A stretch of DNA of 64,000 nucleotides from sequence record NC_071015.1. One strand, 5' to 3'. The notes below the pieces were generated by a model, which saw nothing but the letters and a program-made list of their open reading frames with translations, did no database searches and was not told the DNA's origin. The translations under genes and the position numbers were made by a program. Positions 1 to 10,125 of the stretch are shown in pieces. Position 1 is the first letter of the stretch, and each line of letters starts with the position of its first letter.

Positions 1-2
1 AC

Positions 3-185
3 TGTACTCAGGATGAAGGTAACTTATGTCGGACGTGTTGTGGGGAGAAGCTGGGAGCGATTAAAACCCGTGTAAGTGCTGAGGCAGTTTACATCTTTAC
101 TCAATTCATGTTGACACGTATGAAAGCCATGCACGTTTCACAGCTGAAAACAATCACCATGTCATTAGAACAAATCGTACGATAA
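3..185 (+). CDS. 3' end of an RNA polymerase beta-prime-like subunit, probably virion RNAP (phiKZ gp80-like); partial
   Basis: Manual translation CTQDEGNLCRTCCGEKLG...FMLTRMKAMHVSQLKTITMSLEQIVR*. The C-x7-C-x2-C zinc site and MKAMH motif are typical of beta-prime fragments. Not in the ORF track because it is cut by the window edge. Confidence 0.65.
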   Translation, partial: CTQDEGNLCRTCCGEKLGAIKTRVSAEAVYIFTQFMLTRMKAMHVSQLKTITMSLEQIVR

Positions 186-191
186 GCATAA

Positions 192-221
192 CCCTTACCC
201 CTCCGCAAGGAAGGGTAAGGG
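192..221. terminator. Intrinsic terminator hairpin between convergent genes
   Basis: CCCTTACCC-ctccgcaaggaa-GGGTAAGGG between the stops at 185 (+) and 233 (-). Confidence 0.7.
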
Positions 222-232
222 AGTATGTTTAA

Positions 233-1099
233 TTACAGCTCAAATGCTGCATCGGACTTCATGAAGCTATCCAGGCCGCTCAGCATACGCTTATTCAGCG
301 AGTTGTTTGCAGATTCCAGTTTGCCCATCAGCTCACCGTAACCGGTCATTTTCGGGGATACTGCGCTACCGATTTTGTTACGTTGTTCATCGGTGACATC
401 TTGACGAGCAAAGGTGTACGCGTTCAGCTTGTCATTAAGTTGACCCATCTCAGCGGACAGGGCGGATTGTGAGCGAGCAAATGCGGCACCCACCCCCCAG
501 ACGTTGGAGTTATCCGGGTCGGCATCTTTCAGCGCATCTTTCAGCAGTTTGATAACGTGATCCAGTTCTTTACTTTCGAACCCGATCTCTTTAAACGCTT
601 CCCCACCCACTTGTTCCTTCAGGGCTTCGGCTTTAGCGATCAGACCTTTGATCCCTTCGCCCATACCGGACACAGCCTTGTCCATGTTTTTGTCCCACTC
701 GGTACGCTTAGCGGGTTCTTTGGCGACGACTTCTTTTACTACTTTATCAGCTTTTGCTTTGATAGCTTTGGTTTCGTCTTCTTGTTCTTTAACCGTTTTC
801 TTCTTCCCGGTCAAAAACTCTTTGATGGCTTTGATGAGTGCAGCTAACCACTCTTTCACTTTACCCGCCGTTTTCTTAACGCCGTCCAGGAAGCCCTCAT
901 TACCGGCAACAGAACCCATGTCAGCCACATGCAGTTTCAGTACCGCATAAGCGTAGTTCCCATCAGAATTAAGTTGGGCCTTTCCGGACATTGCCAGATT
1001 AAGGTTTTCACACCCAGTCACCATCGTGGCTAAGTGTTCGATCTCTCCGAAGCATGCACTCATTATTATGATACCTTTTTTAACAGTTATAATGGACAA
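233..1099 (-). CDS. Virion head/internal protein of a phiKZ-type paralog family
   Basis: AGNE|GFLDGVKK...EWLAALIKAIKEF has the S/A/G-x-E prohead protease site followed by the amphipathic helix seen in phiKZ/SPN3US internal head proteins. The true start is probably the second Met. Confidence 0.6.
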   Translation of the reverse strand: MSIITVKKGIIIMSACFGEIEHLATMVTGCENLNLAMSGKAQLNSDGNYAYAVLKLHVADMGSVAGNEGFLDGVKKTAGKVKEWLAALIKAIKEFLTGKKKTVKEQEDETKAIKAKADKVVKEVVAKEPAKRTEWDKNMDKAVSGMGEGIKGLIAKAEALKEQVGGEAFKEIGFESKELDHVIKLLKDALKDADPDNSNVWGVGAAFARSQSALSAEMGQLNDKLNAYTFARQDVTDEQRNKIGSAVSPKMTGYGELMGKLESANNSLNKRMLSGLDSFMKSDAAFEL

Positions 1100-1130
1100 A
1101 AGATTGACAAAAAAAAATAATGATAGCTCG

Positions 1131-1157
1131 CTCTACGTACCCACTGGGTACGTAGAG
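1131..1157 (-). terminator. Intrinsic terminator
   Basis: Perfect inverted repeat CTCTACGTACCCA-c-TGGGTACGTAGAG, with a T-tract downstream on the minus strand. Confidence 0.7.
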
Positions 1158-1162
1158 TTCTA

Positions 1163-1828
1163 TTAAAGTGTCGCTGCCAACGTGACCGTTAAAATTTCGG
1201 TGGTGGTGTTGTAGTTATGAGAGTACAGTTCAATACGATTAAAGAACGACATCTCTTCATACAACGTTGCCACGTCCTGATTAAATCGGTCTTCAGCAAT
1301 TTCAGCCGACATTTTATTTAGGATCGAGCGAAACATCATTTCCAACTGACCGTAGAGTTGGCTGTTTTCGAAATCTTCTTCTGGTTCTATAGACACCATC
1401 GCAAGACCATCGATTTCACCAAACCCAGCATTGATACCCAGTTGATGAGCATAAATAGCAAAGGCCACATCCGTGATGATCTGCTGTTCGTGATCGAGTA
1501 AATCCTCATCATCGTCTTGCAACGGGTCGCCTTCCAGCGCCAGCCCACTTTGATCAGGAGTAGGGCGTGCAAACACAATGTTTAACACCCCCTCGATTAC
1601 AACATGCGACTGCTCTGTAGACAGTCCTTCGAAATAGTCAGCCAGCTGTGGAATCTTAAACTTATAAGTCACCGGAGCCAACTCGGGAATGACCCCTGCA
1701 CTAGTTAATGGCATTTTAATAGGTCCTAACATATCGGTGATAGAAACCGGGAGTGTATCACTCCCAGTCAAACTCGGCATTGACATAAAGTCTAATCCGA
1801 GTGAAGTCGGCATTAAATTCGTAGTCAT
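1163..1828 (-). CDS. Hypothetical acidic protein, possibly virion-associated
   Basis: 221-aa ORF in the operon; contains an ALE|G motif resembling a protease site. Confidence 0.55.
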   Translation of the reverse strand: MTTNLMPTSLGLDFMSMPSLTGSDTLPVSITDMLGPIKMPLTSAGVIPELAPVTYKFKIPQLADYFEGLSTEQSHVVIEGVLNIVFARPTPDQSGLALEGDPLQDDDEDLLDHEQQIITDVAFAIYAHQLGINAGFGEIDGLAMVSIEPEEDFENSQLYGQLEMMFRSILNKMSAEIAEDRFNQDVATLYEEMSFFNRIELYSHNYNTTTEILTVTLAATL

Positions 1829-2150
1829 ATTTTAAGTAGAACTCCCCGCTTACGAGCAACGAATAATAGATCGGATCTTCACTGATCTCTGTTACTCGTT
1901 TTCTCATTTCTTCGTAGATAATGAGTGCCGATGGTTTATCTAATTCACCCAAGCACGAGACCATATAGGCCAGCATTTGGTTGTCGAATTCCAGCGGCGC
2001 AGTTGGTCCTTCTAATAAACGCTCGGATACCATATACGCGATCATGTCGTTAAAGTGACACGGGTCGGTATCCACGGCAGTAAGAATCTTTTTGTTCTTA
2101 TACGAGAACGTGAGAATTTCTTGCTTTTCCATACCCATGTTCATTGACAC
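1758..2150 (-). CDS. Hypothetical protein
   Basis: 130-aa ORF co-oriented and overlapping its neighbours. Confidence 0.55.
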   Translation of the reverse strand: MSMNMGMEKQEILTFSYKNKKILTAVDTDPCHFNDMIAYMVSERLLEGPTAPLEFDNQMLAYMVSCLGELDKPSALIIYEEMRKRVTEISEDPIYYSLLVSGEFYLKYDYEFNADFTRIRLYVNAEFDWE

Positions 2151-2532
2151 ATAACCTTATCATTTCGTCATAAGTAAAGACCATGACATCATGAATACCA
2201 TTAAGTTGATCGGCGAAACTTTCAATGTCCGACCAGTTGACAGCCAGAATTGCCTGTAACCCGATATTGGCATTACCGTAGATGATGTCAAAACTTTCAT
2301 CTGATCCATCACACAGCTCGGCTGCGCAATCACCCATCGTCAGTTTGGCATGTTCCATCACCGACATTTCCGTCAGGTCCAGGCCATACTTTTTATGGTG
2401 TTCTAAAATAATCCACAGCGCACCGCCAATTGTCTCTAAAGTGTCTTTGCAACTGACACCGGGAACACGTACATTCAACGTTATTAATTGAGTAATCATA
2501 TTCACACCAAAGATAAAAGACCCCAGGGACAC
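2098..2532 (-). CDS. Hypothetical protein
   Basis: 144-aa ORF in the operon; start probably MITQ. Confidence 0.55.
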   Translation of the reverse strand: MSLGSFIFGVNMITQLITLNVRVPGVSCKDTLETIGGALWIILEHHKKYGLDLTEMSVMEHAKLTMGDCAAELCDGSDESFDIIYGNANIGLQAILAVNWSDIESFADQLNGIHDVMVFTYDEMIRLCVNEHGYGKARNSHVLV

Positions 2533-2553
2533 ATAGTCCCCAGAGTCTAGTAG

Positions 2554-4194
2554 TTAAATACGCGAACCGCTGTCAATGAGTGTGAAGTTCTTCATCTTCT
2601 TATCAAAGATAACACGGCGTTTACGGTGGTACTCCACTTGCTTTGGAATATCTGGGCAAACAAAGTACAGGAAGATCGGATCGAGGTCAGGCCACCATTT
2701 ATCAATAGGGCGAGTTCGACCAACCATCTGGTCGTTACGCTGTGAAGAACTCACAGAGACGGGGCTAAACACGATATAGAGCTTCGGAATATCCTTACCG
2801 GTACCACAGGAACCCGGAGTGGTAATAACCACCTGGTGCTCACGGTATGCGGTTTTGGTCTCCTTCTTATTACTCTGCTCTGCGGTAAACACTATCGCAT
2901 CTAAGTCAGGGTAATCTTTCTTAAGACGTTTAAGGAAGAGTTCACACATCTCCACGGTTTGGAAGAACCACATGGCCTTCTGTCCGTCTCGGTATGTGTC
3001 GAGGTAATACGTCACAAATGCATCTTTAAGCATCTGATAGTATCCCTCAAAAACCTGACTGCGTTTCATTATAGCTTGTTCGAACTTCACGTGAGAATAC
3101 CCACCAAACCCTTTCGTGTTGATGCGGTACTTGTTCACATCGATGCGGTGACTGTACGCAATGACATGAATGTACTTGGTATACTCCGGTGGTCGAAGAT
3201 AGCAGTGGTACGGGAAGATCGTATTGTAGATACTGTTGATGAAATCGTCATCACCTTGTAAGGTGGCCGAGAGCGCTGCTGTCTTTATGTGGTTACCAAA
3301 CATAAGAGACATGTAAACCGAATAGATCGATTCATGCGCTTCATCAATGATCCTAAATCCGCACTGGAGATCGTTGAGAACTTCATCCAATCCTGGTAAC
3401 GCCGGATCTTCTTTCATTCTTTTAATGTAAACATCGATCTTCGTTAGCGGAAGGATAATAATGGAGGGGTTGATCAACCCGTCTTTCATGGTTCGATGCA
3501 GATCTTCCACACTGTATTTATCAACGACCAAAATGTCCGTTGGGTGGATATCAAGGAATTCACCAAAGGCTTTAATCCAGATATCAATATAACGTGGCAA
3601 GACCGTTATGAGAACGCGCTTACCGAGTTGTACTGCCGTCCAGATAGCACAAAACGTTTTACCTTGACCGGTCCCCATGTTGTTAATAACTAAAGGTTTA
3701 GGCCCTTTCATGAATTGCGTGTAATCTTCCTGCATTTCATTACGGGGTTTAATGTTGGGGTCTTTCAATTTAAAAGACACATCAACAGCCGGAATAACCT
3801 TTTCTTCTTGTACGAGTATGCGAGATGGGCTGTACCCATGCTCCGTCATATACTTAATCAGTTCGTCGAGTTTTTCAACGGCGAATCTGAGTTCTGACTT
3901 ATCCGTATTAAATCGAGCAAACACATGACTGACTTCCCATTTAAACGCATTCGGTCCGGCACCGAGAACGGGAACTTTCTGAACCCTATAAAAGTTTTTC
4001 TTACAAAAAGGAAGAAGCACTTGCTGAACGAGTTCGGGTTTAAAGTCAGTCAGACGAACGTAAGTACTCGCCTTGTGAACAACTAGTGTTCTTCTCATCT
4101 GAACAAACCTCTTATAGCCACCAGAACCCAGATAAATAGCGGGTCCAAAGGATACTTGCCTAAATAATACCCACCCTAGTAACTTTAAATGCAT
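2554..4194 (-). CDS. SF2 (DEAH-type) helicase, phiKZ gp75-like
   Basis: Walker A GTGQGKT, DEAH, SAT and QMVGRTRP motifs; follows the nvRNAP subunits. The true start may lie downstream (MRRTL). Confidence 0.9.
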   Translation of the reverse strand: MHLKLLGWVLFRQVSFGPAIYLGSGGYKRFVQMRRTLVVHKASTYVRLTDFKPELVQQVLLPFCKKNFYRVQKVPVLGAGPNAFKWEVSHVFARFNTDKSELRFAVEKLDELIKYMTEHGYSPSRILVQEEKVIPAVDVSFKLKDPNIKPRNEMQEDYTQFMKGPKPLVINNMGTGQGKTFCAIWTAVQLGKRVLITVLPRYIDIWIKAFGEFLDIHPTDILVVDKYSVEDLHRTMKDGLINPSIIILPLTKIDVYIKRMKEDPALPGLDEVLNDLQCGFRIIDEAHESIYSVYMSLMFGNHIKTAALSATLQGDDDFINSIYNTIFPYHCYLRPPEYTKYIHVIAYSHRIDVNKYRINTKGFGGYSHVKFEQAIMKRSQVFEGYYQMLKDAFVTYYLDTYRDGQKAMWFFQTVEMCELFLKRLKKDYPDLDAIVFTAEQSNKKETKTAYREHQVVITTPGSCGTGKDIPKLYIVFSPVSVSSSQRNDQMVGRTRPIDKWWPDLDPIFLYFVCPDIPKQVEYHRKRRVIFDKKMKNFTLIDSGSRI

Positions 4195-4227
4195 CTTTCT
4201 TTTTGGGGAGAATTCTCCCCAAGTAGT

Positions 4228-4710
4228 TTAACCTAACGAGTCTTTACCCCAAATAAACATTTTCACCCCAATAGTGGAAAACCCTCGACCGGTTAAAAAT
4301 ATGGTTCCTTTGGTAAGGTCAATTTCCCCACGAATACTCATTTTTGGAAGTCCCTCTTTATCTAAGTCACCAGGAGCAAACGCGTCCCACGCTAAGATGT
4401 ATTCATTATTCTTTTTCTTACCATCAAAGGTAGGAACAAATTTACGCAACCGTGGTCCGAAATCTATCCATGAATCCCCTTCACCAAGGGTAAACCCGTT
4501 AATATAAAATGACACTTTTTCAGGGAAAGGAGTCGGGACTTTAAATACCACATCCCTTTCAATTTCATAGTCACGGGTTCCTATGATTTTATCATTAGGT
4601 TCAAGATTAGGAATGGTGGGGGCAAAGTAATCGTAAAGACCGCGATTTATATTAAAGACGTTATCATCGCTCATAAATACCTCACTAAACATGGGAAGTC
4701 CCTTTCCCAT
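4228..4710 (-). CDS. Hypothetical protein, paralog of 4721..5374
   Basis: Shares R[KR]FVPTFD-x4-NE-x-I-x2-W and I[RK]G...GTI-x3-G-x-GF with its neighbour. Confidence 0.65.
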   Translation of the reverse strand: MGKGLPMFSEVFMSDDNVFNINRGLYDYFAPTIPNLEPNDKIIGTRDYEIERDVVFKVPTPFPEKVSFYINGFTLGEGDSWIDFGPRLRKFVPTFDGKKKNNEYILAWDAFAPGDLDKEGLPKMSIRGEIDLTKGTIFLTGRGFSTIGVKMFIWGKDSLG

Positions 4711-4720
4711 AACTTACGTA

Positions 4721-5374
4721 TTACACTTCGTGACCGAGGCCTGGATTCAGCACGCTGTCCTGAACGATCACACCGTCTTCTGTTCCTTTGATGGTATCAT
4801 CCAGCAGATCTTCTTCTTTCAGACCGTAGCTGGCCAGCAGATCAGAACGGATTTGCGCTTTCAGCTCTTCCGGATCTTTGGCTGCCTGATTCGGGAAGTA
4901 CGCAATGGTCCGTTTATAATGGCTTTCTACCAGACTTTCCAGTGCTTGGCGAGAGCGGGTCATTTTGAAATCCTGCTCCGGTTCGTACGCGTAGACTTCA
5001 ATGTCCACGGATTCAAACCCTTCGCCGTTGATACTGATGGTACCCAGATCTTTAATGACGTGACCGCGAATCTTGATCAGGTTGTCGTTGGCGCGTTCTT
5101 CGGGTTCGGCATTTACCCCGAGATTGGACCACTGCACGATCAGCTCGTTGTCAGCTTTGGCTTGATCAAAGGTAGGGACGAAACGACGTCCACCATTCGG
5201 CATGCCGATATCAATGCCTTCCATCCCGTCATTAATATAGACCAGGAGGAATAACGCGTTCTCTGGTAACTGATCTTCGATTACCAGGGTTTCACCACGT
5301 TTAACGGTATACTTCTTAGCGGCACCCACAGGGGTCAGACGGTTTACATCTTCTACTTTCATTTTCTTAGCCAT
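4721..5374 (-). CDS. Hypothetical protein, paralog of 4228..4710
   Basis: 217 aa, RBS GAGG upstream, shares motifs with its neighbour. Confidence 0.7.
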   Translation of the reverse strand: MAKKMKVEDVNRLTPVGAAKKYTVKRGETLVIEDQLPENALFLLVYINDGMEGIDIGMPNGGRRFVPTFDQAKADNELIVQWSNLGVNAEPEERANDNLIKIRGHVIKDLGTISINGEGFESVDIEVYAYEPEQDFKMTRSRQALESLVESHYKRTIAYFPNQAAKDPEELKAQIRSDLLASYGLKEEDLLDDTIKGTEDGVIVQDSVLNPGLGHEV

Positions 5375-5406
5375 TGTAAAACCTCTAGTTAATTTAGTCT
5401 TATTGA

Positions 5407-5414
5407 TAATATAG
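5407..5414 (-). promoter_or_regulatory. Putative early (virion RNAP) promoter core
   Basis: Minus strand reads CTATATTA, like the phiKZ early consensus TATATTAC. The motif recurs before several operon heads. Confidence 0.55.
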
Positions 5415-5463
5415 AGCCAAAAGTATATAACTACCTTCCTTTTATAGGGAAGGTAGTTTTTGT

Positions 5464-5721
5464 TTACTGGGAGAACTCGTGCACGGTGGTGTAAGAACCG
5501 ATGTCAGAGCTGAACACACTGACGGTCCCTAAATAGTTCGCCATGTCCAGGGGATAGGTAATACCGCGGTCATCGTCGTGACTGGAAAGCACGTGACCGT
5601 CACCGGTAAACCCACCGACCTGTTTGGTAAAAGGCGCCTGACGAATACCACCTGCCGGTGAGCGCACTTTAAAATACTCACCCAGCTTCATTTGAGTTAC
5701 TTCGGTAATAGATGTTGACAT
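5464..5721 (-). CDS. Small hypothetical protein
   Basis: 85 aa with RBS GAGG. Confidence 0.55.
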   Translation of the reverse strand: MSTSITEVTQMKLGEYFKVRSPAGGIRQAPFTKQVGGFTGDGHVLSSHDDDRGITYPLDMANYLGTVSVFSSDIGSYTTVHEFSQ

Positions 5722-5730
5722 GGGTACCTC

Positions 5731-5916
5731 TTATTGATTACCTGGCCATACAACAGCATCTGCTTTTCCAGTAAGGACTTTCAATGCAGCTTTAATGCGA
5801 CACTTCAATCCTAACAGACCTGTTGCTCGTTTTGGACGCGCGGGCATCCAAATATAATTAATTTGCGCCTGGTTCTCTTTTACATGCTGAACCAGTTGAT
5901 TAAGACGCCATTCCAT
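5731..5916 (-). CDS. Small phage hypothetical protein
   Basis: 61 aa with RBS; W-x-PARP...RIKAA-x2-VL-x-GKADAV-x-W resembles a recurrent phage small-protein family. Confidence 0.6.
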   Translation of the reverse strand: MEWRLNQLVQHVKENQAQINYIWMPARPKRATGLLGLKCRIKAALKVLTGKADAVVWPGNQ

Positions 5917-5960
5917 AAAACCCCCTGTAAAATAAAGAGGGGAAAAGTCCCCTCATTAAA

Positions 5961-7982
5961 TTAACCGCGAGCGATAGGATGCATGAACGCTTCCAATGCC
6001 CCACCTTGCCGATTTCGAGTCATCATGTTGTTTGGGTGACCCAGCAATGCACTTGCCTGCCAACCGTACAACAGACTGTTACCCAATCCGCGGTTCAGAA
6101 CTGCGTCGTGAAGACTGATAAAGTTACGCGGTTCGTCTCCGATCGGAATACCGTAATCCAGATGTTCCGGATCACGAGCCATACATGCCCACAAGAAGAT
6201 ATCGTGCATTACGATGTTGGCTTCTTTATACTTCTCGTCTACCACCTTCCAGAAGGCAATCATCGTCTCTCCGTGGATCTCTGGAGTGACTTTGACGTCC
6301 CAACGACGGTTAACGTGTGGGAACTTCAGGAAGCTCTCTACACGACGACGATACGCATCCAGGTCTTCGTTGACCTGAGGAAGTTCAAATGCCGGCTCTT
6401 TAAAGTTATAGTCTTTCAACGATATCTTAAAGGTACGGCCTTCTTCTTCCATGGGACGGGACAGGAGATACTCGATGAACGTTTTGGTCATACGAGCGTC
6501 ACGAGATGCGATAGTGGTAGTGAGAATAGGGAAATGCACCGCCTTCTTATTATCGAACATCGGGTTAACAATGTTGACACGCAGCTTGATCGACTCATAC
6601 GTACGCAGACGTGTAGTATCCAGGTCATCCAGGCTATCCATGAATTGATAGTCCGAGAAGTCCTGTTGGGTGTCTTTGTCCAGAATGATGTATGGATCCG
6701 ATTCCTCATTGAGGATATCTTTATGGAAATAGATAAAGTCGCCTGACTCATCGGTGGTGATGTAATCGGTATCGGCTCGGTTAACCACAAACCCTTTGGA
6801 TGTTGCAGTACCGATACGGTGTTTGGTTTTCAGGATAGACTGACCAATTGGTTCGGCAAAGGTGGAGCCATAGAACAATCCAGGAACCGCACCTTTTAAT
6901 GTATACGGGTTGTACGGAATCGCAGACTCCATCTTCCCGAAACATTTCGAACACGCTTTACCGTCGCGTCCGTGATTACACCAGGCCACCGAGCGAATAC
7001 GAATGGTGTCGCCGGTTTCCAGCTTTTCCAGTTCAGGGTAGGTCAGTAAGGTGGTGGATCCGTCTTCATTGATCATCCACTTACCAACCAGGGATTTCTT
7101 AAACTCTTTACTGATGAGTTTAAGTACCGGACCTGTTGTAGAACCACAATCGGTCTGATAACGAATCCCCTGCACCACCTGAGACACGTTGTGGATCTTT
7201 TTATGGAACCACTCGGAGTCTTGCAGCGCAGAGCCGTTACTGATCAGGGAGAAACCAGCGCCTTTGGAATCTCCCAAAGAGTCAGCCAGGTTGGTGATCC
7301 CATCGGCATAACTGGTTTTAACTGTATTCGGGAGAATTACGTTGTTCAGATCGAATACGTCACCACGAGAGATGATCAACTGATAAGACTGAACAGAGGA
7401 AACAGAACGGGTACGATAGAGCAGTCCGAAGACGTCTTTATCGAATTCCGGCTCGGTCATCATAATCTGTTCAAATTCTTTACCGGCGTCAGCCTGGCTG
7501 GTAATGCCTTCATCGACACGGCGTTTGAGATCAGCGATCTTTGGATGGCGATAGACATGCACAACGTTAACAGCACGTGCAGAAACTACCCCTACCTCTC
7601 CTTTAATTGAAAGATAGTTATGGCTTTGGTTATGCCACGTAAAGACCAGCTGTTTAATGAGATCGTAAAAAACAGGGTCGTCGTGTTTAACCATTAACCG
7701 CCCAAGGAAATTGTCAATCGGTTTCTTAAGCAGGTCATCATCAATAAATGCCTGACGTCCCTTCACAGACCTAAGAACCGCGAGTTCATCAATACAATAC
7801 GGTTCGGTATTAAAATGACGATGGACTACTAAACTGAACCAAGTCAACGCTAACATCCAGGTATCGGTGATTTCCTTGTCACCATGATCATCCATCACTT
7901 CAATTTTAACGCGTCGTTCGGTGAACTGAAGCATAGACAAGCAAGAGAGGTTAGCGAATTCCCGTAGTTTTATCGTCTTCAC
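5961..7982 (-). CDS. Non-virion RNA polymerase beta-prime C-terminal subunit (phiKZ gp74-like)
   Basis: DCG motif, RS-x3-C...C-x2-CFG zinc site and EPIGQSILKTKH bridge/trigger-region motif; follows the beta subunit. Confidence 0.9.
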   Translation of the reverse strand: MKTIKLREFANLSCLSMLQFTERRVKIEVMDDHGDKEITDTWMLALTWFSLVVHRHFNTEPYCIDELAVLRSVKGRQAFIDDDLLKKPIDNFLGRLMVKHDDPVFYDLIKQLVFTWHNQSHNYLSIKGEVGVVSARAVNVVHVYRHPKIADLKRRVDEGITSQADAGKEFEQIMMTEPEFDKDVFGLLYRTRSVSSVQSYQLIISRGDVFDLNNVILPNTVKTSYADGITNLADSLGDSKGAGFSLISNGSALQDSEWFHKKIHNVSQVVQGIRYQTDCGSTTGPVLKLISKEFKKSLVGKWMINEDGSTTLLTYPELEKLETGDTIRIRSVAWCNHGRDGKACSKCFGKMESAIPYNPYTLKGAVPGLFYGSTFAEPIGQSILKTKHRIGTATSKGFVVNRADTDYITTDESGDFIYFHKDILNEESDPYIILDKDTQQDFSDYQFMDSLDDLDTTRLRTYESIKLRVNIVNPMFDNKKAVHFPILTTTIASRDARMTKTFIEYLLSRPMEEEGRTFKISLKDYNFKEPAFELPQVNEDLDAYRRRVESFLKFPHVNRRWDVKVTPEIHGETMIAFWKVVDEKYKEANIVMHDIFLWACMARDPEHLDYGIPIGDEPRNFISLHDAVLNRGLGNSLLYGWQASALLGHPNNMMTRNRQGGALEAFMHPIARG

Positions 7983-10068
7983 GTTCTTTCCTCAAAGTTA
8001 AGCCAAAATCAGAAAACATGTTGTCAATTACCTGAAGAGAATGGTTCTTCTTCTCTTCACCCGGTTTCACCAATTCCGGGATTAAGAACGGATTGTCAGC
8101 ACGGATGATACGTTTCACACCCATCTCCAACAATTCCGCTGAGTTCGCCAAAGCCAACATACGAACCGCAGCAGCACCGCCTTTCTGGTTAATGAACAGA
8201 CGACCTTCAGTTTCACCCACGTTTCGGTTTAACGTTGCACGATAGAAATCACGAGCACGTTCATGTTTCGACAGAGACGTAGGCAGACCAAAGATATTCA
8301 GTTTCGGTGTAGATTGACAAGAAATATCATCCCCGAACTTATCCAGCATGATGTAATACACACTGCTGATTACGATAGGGTGTCGAGTACGGATAGTTTC
8401 TCCGAACTCATTTTCATACGTAACCGGGGTGGGTTGAATCTCTGGATAGTTATCCACCAACCGCTCGATGATTTTCACACCTTGCAGGTCATTGGTGTTG
8501 TTACCGAGGGCGCTGAATTCATTTTCGTCTTTCGCAATCCAGTGAAGATGGTTAATGCGCTGTTCTTCTGTGAACTTGTCAACGACCGCAGCTTGTTCAG
8601 GAGAAACGGTATCATAGAAATCGCGGGCAATTTTAAATGCTGCATCATAATTGCCGGCTTTGTACTCTGCCATGATCTTCGGATACAGATGGATATTGAC
8701 AAAGTTGATGTCAAGTTCCATAAAGGAGTTATAAATTTGACGTTTATACCCCGGCGTGTTACCAACGATCATGTCTGCACGGTTTCCGTAATCATCCACC
8801 GGAGCCATGTGGCTGGGGAGGATTTTCATGATAACGGATTTGTTTCCGTCCATCCCGGTATTTTTGAAACGAACTTTCCCTTCAACATCTTCACGCAGAT
8901 GGATCTGAATACGCCAATCTTTCAACTGGATATTCCCCATCTTACGTTTCACCTTAGTAAACTTCCCGTTGCTGTTAGGCGTGGTAAAGTCACGGGTGAT
9001 ACCACCGGCACCGTGGAAATGGATGAGGTTCCACAAATCTCTGGAGAGCGGGACTTTCTTGTTAATGTATTGGCGCTGTTTACTGCGATACCAGGTTACC
9101 AATGCATTCGCGAAAGCGTTCTGCTCTTCTTCGATCCGCTCCAGGATCAACGTGTGGGGTTGGGTACGTTTCTCGGCACGTTTATTGTTGGACAGGTTTT
9201 TATACCGCTCTGTTTCAACAACGATGTCGGCTACAACACAACCCGGTGAACTGTAGAACAGGATATCGTAAATCGGATCCGGTTCCATCAAAGCTTTCTT
9301 AGTTAAGGAAGCCATGGCGTTATCGGTATCTTTACGACGAAAACCCATCACGATCCCATCGGGACGTACACGTTGTCCGGACAGTGGGAACGGTTGATGG
9401 TTGTTCAAATCACCGTACAGGTTAAGCGGAACATATTCATCTTCGTTCCACTGATGTTCGTGACTGCGTTTAAACGTTACCCCAATTTTCTTGGCATAAT
9501 GTTCAAAGATAACTACGGCGTCCTCTTCGGTATAAACGTGGGACATCGCAGCAACCATGGTTTGGACACCAGGACACCACTCTCGGCTCTCGGTGATACG
9601 AGAAGAGGTGGCAAATACTGTGTTCTTACCGAATTTGGCTTTCTTCTGCAGTAGGCGGAGGAGATCATTGTTATAATGATACTCAAACCCGAGATCCATA
9701 TTTTGAGCATTAAAACGGGGCATCTCGAGTAAATCATAAAGTCCGGTCTCAAGATCTTTAACGATAACGTAAATGGTCCCCCACATATTGGGTTCTTTAT
9801 CGTTAAGGATATTCTTGACAAACAGAACTTCCTCGACCTCTATTTCAGAAGTGGTTTCAACCTTACGAGCTGTTCTAGCATACTCCTGCTCATCACCAGA
9901 AATGTATTTACGGTTCGTGCTACCCCAAATAACGGCAGCCTTACCTTGGTTTTTACCGAGCATGTACAAACGAGATGGTGAGTTTACAGATCGGTTGGTG
10001 TTCATCCCGATCGCCACACCCGCTGTGTTCGGCTTTATTTGGTTTTTCTGACTCATAATGCTTAACAC
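7951..10068 (-). CDS. Non-virion RNA polymerase beta C-terminal subunit (phiKZ gp71-73-like), uninterrupted
   Basis: KNTGMDGNKSV, ADMIVGN, YYIMLDKFG and RNVGETEGR are beta-subunit conserved regions. Confidence 0.92.
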   Translation of the reverse strand: MLSIMSQKNQIKPNTAGVAIGMNTNRSVNSPSRLYMLGKNQGKAAVIWGSTNRKYISGDEQEYARTARKVETTSEIEVEEVLFVKNILNDKEPNMWGTIYVIVKDLETGLYDLLEMPRFNAQNMDLGFEYHYNNDLLRLLQKKAKFGKNTVFATSSRITESREWCPGVQTMVAAMSHVYTEEDAVVIFEHYAKKIGVTFKRSHEHQWNEDEYVPLNLYGDLNNHQPFPLSGQRVRPDGIVMGFRRKDTDNAMASLTKKALMEPDPIYDILFYSSPGCVVADIVVETERYKNLSNNKRAEKRTQPHTLILERIEEEQNAFANALVTWYRSKQRQYINKKVPLSRDLWNLIHFHGAGGITRDFTTPNSNGKFTKVKRKMGNIQLKDWRIQIHLREDVEGKVRFKNTGMDGNKSVIMKILPSHMAPVDDYGNRADMIVGNTPGYKRQIYNSFMELDINFVNIHLYPKIMAEYKAGNYDAAFKIARDFYDTVSPEQAAVVDKFTEEQRINHLHWIAKDENEFSALGNNTNDLQGVKIIERLVDNYPEIQPTPVTYENEFGETIRTRHPIVISSVYYIMLDKFGDDISCQSTPKLNIFGLPTSLSKHERARDFYRATLNRNVGETEGRLFINQKGGAAAVRMLALANSAELLEMGVKRIIRADNPFLIPELVKPGEEKKNHSLQVIDNMFSDFGLTLRKEREDDKTTGIR

Positions 10069-10090
10069 CTCTATGTAAGTTACACACAGA

Positions 10091-10098
10091 TAATATCT
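10091..10098 (-). promoter_or_regulatory. Putative early promoter core
   Basis: Minus strand AGATATTA about 25 nt upstream of the beta gene. Confidence 0.5.
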
Positions 10099-10125
10099 GC
10101 TTGATTATCTTTAGCGCAAAAATTA

